64,000 nt of DNA. It comes from Gemmatimonadaceae bacterium (lineage in GTDB: Bacteria; Gemmatimonadota; Gemmatimonadetes; Gemmatimonadales; Gemmatimonadaceae). The translations under genes and the position numbers were made by a program. The stretch spans positions 3,942-67,941 of the forward strand of contig JACMPK010000024.1 of assembly GCA_014377535.1 (NCBI GenBank), given 5' to 3'. Below are positions 28,437 to 37,012 of this stretch, one piece after another. The stretch's first letter is position 1, and each line of letters opens with the position of its first letter. The notes under the pieces are model-generated. The model was not told the DNA's origin. It made no database searches and was given only the letters and a program-made list of their open reading frames with translations.

Positions 28437-29030
28437 ATGCTTCTCGACATTCCTGACGGCGACTTCGCGGCGTATCTCTTCGACCTGGACGGCACACTGG
28501 TCGATTCGATGCCGGTGCACCTGCGTGCGTGGGAGATCGCACTGCGTCGCGTTGGGCTCATGGTGCCGTTCGACGAGGCATACTTCTATTCGCTGGGCGG
28601 CGTGTCGACGCTGGAATCGGCGGTGATTTTTGCGCAGCACTACGGGCTGACGTTCGACGCGCACGTGCTCGTGGAGCAGAAGGAGCACCTGTACCTGGAG
28701 ATGCTGCCCGAGGTGCGTGTCATTGAACCGGTGGCCGACTTCGCGCGGCGTGTCGCCCTGTCGCGACCAGTTGCGATCGTGACCGGTGGCGGCCCCGAGA
28801 TCGCATTGCCGGCACTGGATGCGACGGGGCTGCGGTCGCTGTTCCCGGTCGTGATCACACCGCAGGACGTGGCACCCGGTCGCGGAAAGCCGGCGCCCGA
28901 CATGTTTCTGCTGGCCGCGGAGCGACTCGGCGTGCACGCGTCGCACTGCCTGGTGTTCGAGGATGCGCTGCCGGGCGTCGCGGCAGCGCGTGCGGCCGGC
29001 ATGCAGGTAGTGACGGTGCCGCGACGCTGA
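28437..29030 (+). CDS. HAD family hydrolase (beta-phosphoglucomutase-like subfamily IA)
   Basis: YLFDLDGTLVDS motif I, VTGG, GKPAPDMF, and FEDALPGVAAARAAGM motif IV. Confidence 0.85.
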   Translation: MLLDIPDGDFAAYLFDLDGTLVDSMPVHLRAWEIALRRVGLMVPFDEAYFYSLGGVSTLESAVIFAQHYGLTFDAHVLVEQKEHLYLEMLPEVRVIEPVADFARRVALSRPVAIVTGGGPEIALPALDATGLRSLFPVVITPQDVAPGRGKPAPDMFLLAAERLGVHASHCLVFEDALPGVAAARAAGMQVVTVPRR

Positions 29031-29092
29031 GCTGCGGACGTAAACCGTGGATGTGCACTGCGACGCCGCACGCGGTCGCGGCCGACCAGAGG

Positions 29093-29956
29093 TCAGACCG
29101 GCAATGCCGCTGCGCCGTTCCTGACGCTCGCGATGTAGTCGCCGCGCAGCTGCATGGTGACCGTGCCGGGCGAACCGCTCGCGATCGCGATCCCGTCGAC
29201 CCGCACGATCGGCATCACGAACGCTGTCGCCGCCGTCAGGAACAACTCGTCTGCACCGTGCAGCTCGGCCGAGGCGATGCTGCGCTCGATGATCGCGATG
29301 TGACGCGCGGCAGCCAGTGCAAACGTGCGCTCGCGCGTGATGCCCGGCAGCACCTCGGTGCCCAAGGCATGCGTGACGAGCATGCCATCCTTCACCATGA
29401 ACAGCGTCGCCGCACCGCCCTCGGTCAGATGTTCGCCTTCGACCATCAGCGCCTCGAATGCATCGGCCTCACGCGCCGCCTGCTTGGCGAGAACCTGCGG
29501 CAACAGCGCGATGCTCTTGATGTCGCGGCGCGCCCAGCGCTGGTCAGGCACCGTGATGGCCGCGGCACCCGCGACGGCACGTGGATGCTCGATCACGGCC
29601 AGCGAACGCGCATACGCGATGATCGTGGGCACCTGCACCGCAGGGAACGCGAAGTCGCGCTCGGCCGCGCCGCGCGTGACCTGCAGGTATACCAGCCCCT
29701 CGGTGACGCCGTTGCGCAACGCGAGCTCCAGCAGCATCCGGTGCAGGTCGGGCCGCGGCATCGGTGACGCGAGCCTGATCTCGTGCAGGGAGCGATCGAG
29801 GCGGTCGAGGTGTGGCCCGTCGTCCACAAATCTCCCATCCACCAGCGCGATCACTTCGTACACACCGTCGGCAAAGAGAAAGCCGCGGTCGAAGATGGAA
29901 ACGGTGGCCTGGGCCTCGGGGACGAAGGCGCCGTTGACGAAGGCGATGCGTGTCAT
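29093..29956 (-). CDS. class IV aminotransferase (D-amino-acid / branched-chain type)
   Basis: FVNG.FVP...A.VSIFDRGFLFADGVYEV and LPGITR patterns. Confidence 0.85.
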   Translation of the reverse strand: MTRIAFVNGAFVPEAQATVSIFDRGFLFADGVYEVIALVDGRFVDDGPHLDRLDRSLHEIRLASPMPRPDLHRMLLELALRNGVTEGLVYLQVTRGAAERDFAFPAVQVPTIIAYARSLAVIEHPRAVAGAAAITVPDQRWARRDIKSIALLPQVLAKQAAREADAFEALMVEGEHLTEGGAATLFMVKDGMLVTHALGTEVLPGITRERTFALAAARHIAIIERSIASAELHGADELFLTAATAFVMPIVRVDGIAIASGSPGTVTMQLRGDYIASVRNGAAALPV

Positions 29957-30025
29957 GAGCGTGAACATACAACGCGCACATCCCGTGGCTGACGCGTTCG
30001 CCCCTGCGGCCGGTAGCTTTCGCAC

Positions 30026-30559
30026 ATGCGATGGTCACTGCCTGCGCTCTGGTCCGCCGTGGAGCGCTTTGCGCACGCGCGTGGTGCAATCCCTGCCACG
30101 TTCCTCTGGAATCTGGCCCAGGGATCGGTGGTGCCCGGTCCGTCGGATCTGCTGATGGTGCCACTGGCCATTGCCGATCCGCCGCGCACGCGCGTGCTGG
30201 CCTGCACCGCCGTACTCGCGTCGGTGATAGGCGGATGCATTGCCTACGGGCTCGGCGCGGTCGCATTCGCCACGGTCGGCACGCCGCTGCTGCACGCGAT
30301 CGGTATCTCCGACGCGATGCTTGCCCGCATCATGACATTGATGCTGGAACGGGGCTGGATCTTCGTGATCGGCAGCGCGTTGACACCGCTCAGCACGAAG
30401 GCGCTGGCGATGACCGCCGGCGCCGTCGCGATGCCGTTTCCGGTGTTCGCATTCGCGCTGGGTGCAGGTCGCGTGGTGCGTTACGTGATCATCGTGCTGC
30501 TGCTGGAGGCGAGCGCAGGTACGCTGCTGACGCTGCGAAGGCGGCTGCTGAAACACTGA
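30026..30559 (+). CDS. YqaA/DedA-like (SNARE-associated) membrane protein
   Basis: 177-aa polytopic ORF with a YqaA-like N-terminal pattern (NLAQGSVVPGPSDLLMVPL). Confidence 0.65.
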   Translation: MRWSLPALWSAVERFAHARGAIPATFLWNLAQGSVVPGPSDLLMVPLAIADPPRTRVLACTAVLASVIGGCIAYGLGAVAFATVGTPLLHAIGISDAMLARIMTLMLERGWIFVIGSALTPLSTKALAMTAGAVAMPFPVFAFALGAGRVVRYVIIVLLLEASAGTLLTLRRRLLKH

Positions 30560-30589
30560 CACTGCCGCTTCACGCCTGTCATGCCGGCG

Positions 30590-31207
30590 TCACGCCGCCG
30601 TCGTGACGGCTCCGCGTTCCACGCGCACCTGCACGCTGCCCGGCAGCATCGCTTCTGCTGCATCATGCGTGACGAGCAACGTCGTCATGCCATGTTCGCG
30701 GGCCCACGACAGCACCGCCGTACGCACACCGCCGCGGAGCGCGCTGTCCATCGCGGCGAACGGCTCGTCCAGCAGCAGCGTGCGTGGTGCACGCGCCAGC
30801 GCACGCGCCAGTGCCACCAGCTGACGCTCGCCGCCGCTGAGCGTCGGCACGGGCTTCTGCACCAACGCGTCGATATGCAGCACGCGCATGAGTGCCTGCA
30901 CCACCGCCGCATCGCGCGCCCCGTACTCCACGTTCTGTCGCACCGTGAGATGCGGAAAGAGCCACGCCTGCTGGTAAACGAGTCCCACGCCGCGCTGCTC
31001 CGGTGCGACGCGCGTCACGTCGCGGGCATCCAGCACGATCGTGCCGCCGCTCAGCGGGCGCACGCCGGCAATGGTTTCGAGCAGCGTGGTCTTGCCGGCA
31101 CCGGTGGGTCCGGTCACCACGCCAACGCCGCCCGCCGGCACGCGAAACGACGCGCCGTCAAGCGTGAAACCTGCGACGCGAACCGTGAGCAAGGTGATGT
31201 CGATCAT
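30590..31207 (-). CDS. ABC transporter ATP-binding protein (Mo/W-type importer, short form without a TOBE domain)
   Basis: Walker A GPTGAGKTT, signature LSGGERQ, Walker B LLLDEPFAAMD. The ATG overlaps the permease stop (ATGA). Confidence 0.88.
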   Translation of the reverse strand: MIDITLLTVRVAGFTLDGASFRVPAGGVGVVTGPTGAGKTTLLETIAGVRPLSGGTIVLDARDVTRVAPEQRGVGLVYQQAWLFPHLTVRQNVEYGARDAAVVQALMRVLHIDALVQKPVPTLSGGERQLVALARALARAPRTLLLDEPFAAMDSALRGGVRTAVLSWAREHGMTTLLVTHDAAEAMLPGSVQVRVERGAVTTAA

Positions 31208-31992
31208 GCGCGCTCCGGCCGGCGTGCCATGCGGATCATCAGCAGTACGCCGGGCGCCACGCACACCAGCGCGGCTGCCACGGGCAGCACCGATCGCAAA
31301 CCGTAGGTGACATAGCGATCGTACGCCAGCACGCTCGCCACACGCGGATGATACGTCACGATCACGATGGCGCCGAACTCGCTGGTCGCGCGCGCCCACA
31401 TCGTCGTGCCGGCGTTCACGATGCCGTTGCGGGCCAGCGGCAGCGTCACGCGACGAATCGCCATCACGCGATCATCGCCCAGCGTGCGCGCCACCGCTTC
31501 CAGTCGCGCATCCACGCGTGCAATGCTCTCGCGAGCGCCGAGGATGAACAGCGGCGCACTCACCACCAGCATCGCGACCACGATGCCGAGCGGTGAGTTC
31601 ACCACCGACAGCCCGACCGGTGCGAGTAGCGCACCCACCGCGCTCTCGCGACCCATCGCCAGCAGCAGTGCCATGCCAATCACCGGGTGCGGAATGACGA
31701 GTGGCAGCTCGAGCAGTGCTTCCACCAATGCACGTCCGCGAAATGGCACGCGCGCGAGCAGGTATGCCACCGGAATGCCGCCGAGCACTGCGAGCACCGT
31801 CGCCAGCGTCGCACACAGCATGGTGAGCCCGATTGCCTGCAGCACCTCGCGATCGGCGAATGCGCCGGCGATGCCCGCGAGCCCTGCGCCGGCCACCAGC
31901 GTGCCGGTCGGCAGCACCAGCGACAGCACGAGCAATGATCCGAGCAGTGTCGCGACGGCCGTCAGCAGCACGCGTGACAGGGACGCGGTCAC
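31204..31992 (-). CDS. ABC transporter permease (CysTW/ModB/WtpB family)
   Basis: Six-TM ORF with an EAA-like loop (ESIARVDARLEAVARTLG). Confidence 0.85.
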   Translation of the reverse strand: MTASLSRVLLTAVATLLGSLLVLSLVLPTGTLVAGAGLAGIAGAFADREVLQAIGLTMLCATLATVLAVLGGIPVAYLLARVPFRGRALVEALLELPLVIPHPVIGMALLLAMGRESAVGALLAPVGLSVVNSPLGIVVAMLVVSAPLFILGARESIARVDARLEAVARTLGDDRVMAIRRVTLPLARNGIVNAGTTMWARATSEFGAIVIVTYHPRVASVLAYDRYVTYGLRSVLPVAAALVCVAPGVLLMIRMARRPERA

Positions 31993-32942
31993 TGCGGCAG
32001 TACGATCCGGGAGGGGACCGCCACCACGCGCGGCGTACCCAGCACATCCAGTCCGGCGCGACGCATGATGCGCACGCTGGTGGAGTCCAGCAGTCGAGCG
32101 GCGAGCACCGTAGCCTGGATCAGGTCAGGTCCGTTGCTGACGGCAGCCATGGCATACCGGATCGGCATGCCACGAATCGTGATCGGCTCGTTGGGCATCT
32201 CGCCGGTGATCGCGACCGACGCGCGGCGATATGAAGCAGAGTCACTCTCGGTTCCGAAGTCGAGACGATCACCGATGCGCACGTACGGCAGCTTCAGTGC
32301 GCGGGCCAGCGACTCATAGCACCAGGCCGCGTCGGCGTCGCCGCTTTCCAGCAGGGCCGCGAGATCCGCCTCGTTACCGCGGAGCAGCGAGGCGGGTGAC
32401 GCGGATGCCAGCTTGGCCGCGATCCCCGGCCGATCGAGCTCCAGTTCGGCCAGCTGCCAGACCATCTGCGTGCGATAGCCAAGTGGTGCGCGCGCGGGAT
32501 CGGCCCGCGCCACGCGGAGCCGGCCCGTGCTGACCACATCGGCCCAGTTGGCGGCCGTGATCGTGTCGGTCGTCGGCAGGCGGCGAGACAGCGCCAGCAC
32601 CACGCGATTGCGCGCGAAGGTGGTGGCGGACATCACGTATTGCGGGATGAGCAACCGTTCCAGCTCGTCCGCGTCGGCAGTCACGATCAGGTCCGGCGTG
32701 CGACGCAGCGCAATCACGGATCGAAGCAATTCGCGGGAGCCCATGATCTCCATCCGCACACTGGGTCCACCCGCGGCGGCGATCGAGTCCAGTGCCTCGC
32801 GCAGCGGTCGTGCGAGGCTGCCGGCGGCGAAGATCGTGAGCTGGCGTTCCGGCGCCACGTCCCTCGCGCCGCAGCCCCAGGCGCCGCACAGCAGGAGCGT
32901 CGTCACCATCTGGCGAACAGGCCGGCGAACAGGAATAATCAT
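31989..32942 (-). CDS. molybdate/tungstate-type substrate-binding protein (WtpA/ModA-like)
   Basis: Lipoprotein-like N-terminus, FAAGSL and the ADP..APLGYRT motif. Overlaps the permease by 4 nt. Confidence 0.7.
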   Translation of the reverse strand: MIIPVRRPVRQMVTTLLLCGAWGCGARDVAPERQLTIFAAGSLARPLREALDSIAAAGGPSVRMEIMGSRELLRSVIALRRTPDLIVTADADELERLLIPQYVMSATTFARNRVVLALSRRLPTTDTITAANWADVVSTGRLRVARADPARAPLGYRTQMVWQLAELELDRPGIAAKLASASPASLLRGNEADLAALLESGDADAAWCYESLARALKLPYVRIGDRLDFGTESDSASYRRASVAITGEMPNEPITIRGMPIRYAMAAVSNGPDLIQATVLAARLLDSTSVRIMRRAGLDVLGTPRVVAVPSRIVLPQ

Positions 32943-33217
32943 GTCACGAACTTACGGCGTGGGCCTGTGCAGGCGCACCAGCAAAAGGTCGACGGGACAG
33001 TCGCAGCGATAGGTACCGTGCTCGCGCGGACGCCGCGGCTCACGAAGAGCGTGCCGCCGTCAGGCAACGCATGTTTGCCGGCGCGACGTCAGCGCCACGT
33101 CCGTGCGCACCGGTCGAAACAGGCACGACGAGCGCACGTAGATTCACCTGCACGACCGGACTGTTCCGATTCGCGCCAGTTTCCTCGCGATCATCCCTGC
33201 GACTCCTTCCGCCCCTC

Positions 33218-34183
33218 ATGGTTGACCTGGCAATAGATATCCGCGGCGTCACGAAGCGATATGCCGAGCATGTCGCGGTTCGTGACCTCTCGCTGCAAGT
33301 GCCGCGCGGCGCCGTGTACGGACTGTTGGGCCCCAACGGGGCCGGCAAGACGACCACGATCCGCATGATCCTGGACATCATCGCGCCCGACGAAGGCACT
33401 ATCACGCTCTTCGGCAAGCGACACACCGACACGGGCGTGCTGGATCGCGTGGGCTACCTGCCCGAGGAGCGTGGCCTCTACAAGAAGATGAAGGTGCGCG
33501 ACGTTCTGAAATTTCTGGCGGAGCTCAAGGGTATCGACGGCAGCGAAGCGGAGCGGCGCATCGAGGCGTGGATGGAGCGCATGTCGCTGAAGACCGTCGA
33601 CAAGGACTGGGGAAACTCGAAGGTGGACGAACTCAGTCGCGGCATGCAGCAGAAGGTGCAGTTCATCGGCACGCTGATCCACGATCCCGATCTCGTGATC
33701 CTGGACGAACCGTTCAGCGGACTGGATCCGATCAACGCGCAGGCGCTGAAGGACACGGTCGTGGAACTGAAGGCGCGCGGGAAGACCGTGATCTTCAGTA
33801 CGCACATCATGGACAATGCCGAGAAGCTCTGCGACTCCATCTGCATCATTGCGCAGGGGCAGAAGGTGCTGGACGGCGCCGTCTCCGACGTGAAGGCGGC
33901 GCATGCAGGCCGCACGGTCGCGGTCTCGTTCGACGGCGCACCCGGTTCGGCGGTCGACGCGATTCTGCGCGACACGACGCTGATCGCGAGCATGGACGAC
34001 CAGAATCGCTTCCTGGAGCTGGAACTGGCCGACGGCGCATCGAGCAGCGAGCTGCTGCAGCGACTCGTGCACGCCGGCGCGTCACTGCAGCGGTTCGAGC
34101 GTGTGCAGCCATCGCTGCATCGCATCTTCCTCGAGAAGGTCGGGGCCACCGGAGTCGAAGCGGGGATGAGTGGACATGGGTAA
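33218..34183 (+). CDS. ABC transporter ATP-binding protein (ABC-2 / NatA-like exporter)
   Basis: GPNGAGKTT, LSRGMQQK, ILDEPFSGLD. Confidence 0.9.
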   Translation: MVDLAIDIRGVTKRYAEHVAVRDLSLQVPRGAVYGLLGPNGAGKTTTIRMILDIIAPDEGTITLFGKRHTDTGVLDRVGYLPEERGLYKKMKVRDVLKFLAELKGIDGSEAERRIEAWMERMSLKTVDKDWGNSKVDELSRGMQQKVQFIGTLIHDPDLVILDEPFSGLDPINAQALKDTVVELKARGKTVIFSTHIMDNAEKLCDSICIIAQGQKVLDGAVSDVKAAHAGRTVAVSFDGAPGSAVDAILRDTTLIASMDDQNRFLELELADGASSSELLQRLVHAGASLQRFERVQPSLHRIFLEKVGATGVEAGMSGHG

Positions 34184-35486
34184 GCTCAAGGCGATCATCC
34201 GGCGTGAGTACCTGGAACGCGTCCGCACGAAGTGGTTCGTCATCGCGACGCTATTGGGCCCGCTGCTGTTTCTGGCGATGACGGTGATCCCGGTGCTGTT
34301 CGTCTCGCGCACGAAGGCCTCACCGTCGTCGTCGAACATCACGATCATCGATGCGACCGGTGCCGCACTGGGCAAACGCGTCGCACAGGCGCTGCAGGAT
34401 ACGGTTGCCGTCAAGCCAGTCGTGACGACGGTTCCGCTGCAGGAAATTGCGGCCGCCGAATCGCTGGCCACGAAGGCGATCATCGCCGAGCAGCGGCAGG
34501 GATACCTGATCCTGGACACCGCCACGATGAGCGGACGTGCGGCGCGTTACACGGGGCGCAACACGTCCACCGTGCCGGACATGCGGCGCATGGACGATGC
34601 CGTGCAGAAAGCGCTGCTCGAGCTGCGGCTGGAAGGTGCCGGCATCAGTGCCGCGCGCATTGATTCGCTGACCAAGTTCAACGTGCAGCTCGACAAGACG
34701 CAGCTGAGCAGCAAGGGCCGCGAGAAGTCAGGTGTGGGCGGCGCGATCGTGGGCCTGCTGGTGGCGTTCCTGCTCTACATCGTGCTGCTGCTGTACGGAC
34801 AGACGGTGTTGCGCAGCGTGATCGAGGAGAAGACCACGCGGGTGGCCGAGGTAGTGATCAGCAGCGTACGCCCCGAGATTCTGCTGGCCGGCAAAATCAT
34901 CGGCATTGGTGCCGTGGCGATGACGCAGCTCGGCGTCTGGATCGGCAGCTCGGCATGGCTCGGCGCCAACGTGGTGCCGATGCTGGTGAAGCGGAGCGTG
35001 ACGGGTGACAACGCCGCCGCCAGCGCGCGGACCTCCAGCGAGCTGATGTCGGGACTGCCCAGCTTCTCGTTCGGCCTCATTGGCGCGGTGCTCTTCTTCT
35101 TCGTCGCGGGTTACGTCTTCTATTCGTGCCTGTATGCCGCAGTGGGCAGCACGGTGAACAGTGAGTCCGAGGCGCAGCAGGCCGCGACGCCGGTCGCGAT
35201 GCTGCTGATCGTGAGCGCGATCTTCATCCAGCCCGTCGCACTGGCGCCGCAAAGCACGCTGGCCTCGGTGATGTCGATGCTGCCGTTCGCTGCGCCGATC
35301 ATGATGCCCATGCGCATGAGCCTCATCGCCGTGCCGGCGTGGGAGATTGCAGTGAGCATGATCGGCATGGTGGTGGCCTGCCTCGCCGCGATCTGGTTCT
35401 CGGCGCGCATCTATCGCGTGGGCCTGCTGATGTACGGCAAGCGACCCACGGTGCGTGAGCTGTTCAAGTGGCTGCGCTACGCCTGA
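34170..35486 (+). CDS. ABC-2 type transporter permease (NatB-like)
   Basis: N-terminal TM, large extracytoplasmic loop, then 5 C-terminal TMs. Overlaps the ATPase gene. Confidence 0.8.
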   Translation: MDMGKLKAIIRREYLERVRTKWFVIATLLGPLLFLAMTVIPVLFVSRTKASPSSSNITIIDATGAALGKRVAQALQDTVAVKPVVTTVPLQEIAAAESLATKAIIAEQRQGYLILDTATMSGRAARYTGRNTSTVPDMRRMDDAVQKALLELRLEGAGISAARIDSLTKFNVQLDKTQLSSKGREKSGVGGAIVGLLVAFLLYIVLLLYGQTVLRSVIEEKTTRVAEVVISSVRPEILLAGKIIGIGAVAMTQLGVWIGSSAWLGANVVPMLVKRSVTGDNAAASARTSSELMSGLPSFSFGLIGAVLFFFVAGYVFYSCLYAAVGSTVNSESEAQQAATPVAMLLIVSAIFIQPVALAPQSTLASVMSMLPFAAPIMMPMRMSLIAVPAWEIAVSMIGMVVACLAAIWFSARIYRVGLLMYGKRPTVRELFKWLRYA

Positions 35487-35508
35487 TGCACGACTGGCCG
35501 TCAGGCGC

Positions 35509-35775
35509 ATGACATTGCGTCCCATCCGCGACACGCGGCTCTGGGTGGAAGACACCGGTGGCAATGGTCCATCGAGCAGGTGTACGATGACATGGTCGCG
35601 CTGAACGCGGGTCCGGTAAACGTCGCGACATCTTCCTCGGCAGCGTGATCCAGCGGCCAAGGCGAGGCGGGAGCATGCGTTGATTGCCGGATGCGAGCTG
35701 CGAATCATTCCGCGTGCGGGTCACAGTGCGCCGGTCGAGGAACCGGCGGCGCTGTCGGCGTTCTTCGCGCGGCAT
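35509..35775 (+). pseudogene. decayed alpha/beta-hydrolase remnant (about 270 bp left of an expected ~800-bp gene; frames broken)
   Basis: N-terminal-like MTLRPIRDTRLWVEDTGGNGP, a mid fragment IEQVYDDMVAL in another frame, and C-terminal-like ELRIIPRAGHSAPVEEPAALSAFF in a third frame. Confidence 0.5.
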
Positions 35776-35829
35776 GCGTCGCGAGGCATTCGTGGCGTGA
35801 CTCGGAAGCCGTCGCGCGGGCAACGTCTT

Positions 35830-36028
35830 ACTCCGCTCACACGGAGCCGCGGAGGCACGGAGGGCTCGCGCGCGTCGCGACGCCTTGCGTCTCGACGCAG
35901 ACGAAAAAAGCTGTCGGAACTGCGTTCGTGTACACGCAGCTCCTACAGCTTTTTCTGCCTCCAGCAGTCTTTCAGGACTGACGCGACACCCGTATCTCCG
36001 TGCCTCCGCGGCTCCGTGTGAGCGGAGT
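35830..36028. repeat. CGGAG-octamer palindromic element, copy A (MITE/REP-like, 199 bp)
   Basis: Perfect 33-bp terminal inverted repeats: ACTCCGCTCACACGGAGCCGCGGAGGCACGGAG (35830-35862) and its exact reverse complement (35996-36028). Internal hairpin AAAAAAGCTGT...ACAGCTTTTT. Confidence 0.85.
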
Positions 36029-36081
36029 TCAGCCGCGGAGTTCTTGAACGTCGAAGTGCGCGATGGTTCGAAGACGCCGGG

Positions 36082-36498
36082 CTATGCGCAGTACTGGTCA
36101 AACGCACCCACGAGGTCGTGCGAAATCTCGTCTGCGGTGCGGCCTTCGATCTGGTGACGCTCCAGCATGAACACCACCTTGCCGTCCTTCATCAGCGCGA
36201 TGCTCGGGCTGCTCGGGCGGTACCCCGTCATGTAGCTGCGGGCGGCCTGCGTCGGCTCGGGGTCCTGACCGGCGAAGACCGTCACACTCTTGTCGGGCGT
36301 GGCCGTGTGAGCCAGCGCCGTCTTGATCGCGGGGCGCGCGTTCCGGGCTGCGCAGCCGCACATGCTGTTGACCACTACCAGCGTCGTACCGTCGGCACTT
36401 TTCAGCGCCTGATCGACATCGGCCGCGCTCTTCAATTCCTGCACACCGAGATCGGTCAGCTCGGCGCGCATCGGGGCAATGAAACGTTCGTCGTACAT
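36082..36498 (-). CDS. bacilliredoxin (BrxA/BrxB, DUF1094 family)
   Basis: Aligns along its whole length with B. subtilis YphP/YqiW: TTLVVVNSMCGCAA (CGC active site), TVFAGQD, PSSPSIAL. Confidence 0.9.
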   Translation of the reverse strand: MYDERFIAPMRAELTDLGVQELKSAADVDQALKSADGTTLVVVNSMCGCAARNARPAIKTALAHTATPDKSVTVFAGQDPEPTQAARSYMTGYRPSSPSIALMKDGKVVFMLERHQIEGRTADEISHDLVGAFDQYCA

Positions 36499-36538
36499 GG
36501 GTCCAGCTCCTGCCAGAAAGTGAATGAGCAGCGACAGA

Positions 36539-36934
36539 CTAGAACAGGATGTCGTCGGCTACGTTCGTGTCGCGAACCAGCGCCAGGATGGCGGCTTGCG
36601 GCACCACCAAATATCGCTCGTTCTCGAAAGTGATTTCCACACTCGCCTTGCGGAAGAACAGCGCATAATCGCCCTTCCGTGCCTGCATCGGGACATGTCG
36701 CGCACCGCCTGGTCCCGGCTGCGCGTTCTTCCACGGCTCGTCGCTGTCCTGCGACGCCAGGTCCGGCATCGGCAGGCCGGGACCCGTCGCGACGATGCGA
36801 CCGCCCTGCACCGCCTGATTGTCCACGGCAGTCGGCGGCAGGTACAGGCCCACCGACGAACGCTCCTCTCCCTCCTGAATGGAAACGAGCACCCGGTCGC
36901 CGACGACGATGAGTTCCTTGTTCTTCTTCCGCAT
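36539..36934 (-). CDS. GroES (Cpn10)-family protein with an internal insertion
   Basis: GDRVLV...SSVGLYLP...QGGRIVATGPG...KGDYALF...YLVVPQAAILALV follows the GroES pattern, with about 25 extra residues after GPG. Confidence 0.65.
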   Translation of the reverse strand: MRKKNKELIVVGDRVLVSIQEGEERSSVGLYLPPTAVDNQAVQGGRIVATGPGLPMPDLASQDSDEPWKNAQPGPGGARHVPMQARKGDYALFFRKASVEITFENERYLVVPQAAILALVRDTNVADDILF

Positions 36935-37012
36935 GACGATCCCGATCAAACCCGGTCGTCAGGAAGTCCGACGACCACTGCCCCAAAGTTACACCGCCAC
37001 CGCTGGGCTGGC

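Noticed and set aside
32943-33217. 275-bp region upstream of the Mo/W transporter operon, examined for a Moco/Tuco riboswitch.
   Set aside because: I could not identify the conserved Moco-motif helices or loops by eye. It may simply hold divergent promoters. It needs cmsearch before any claim.
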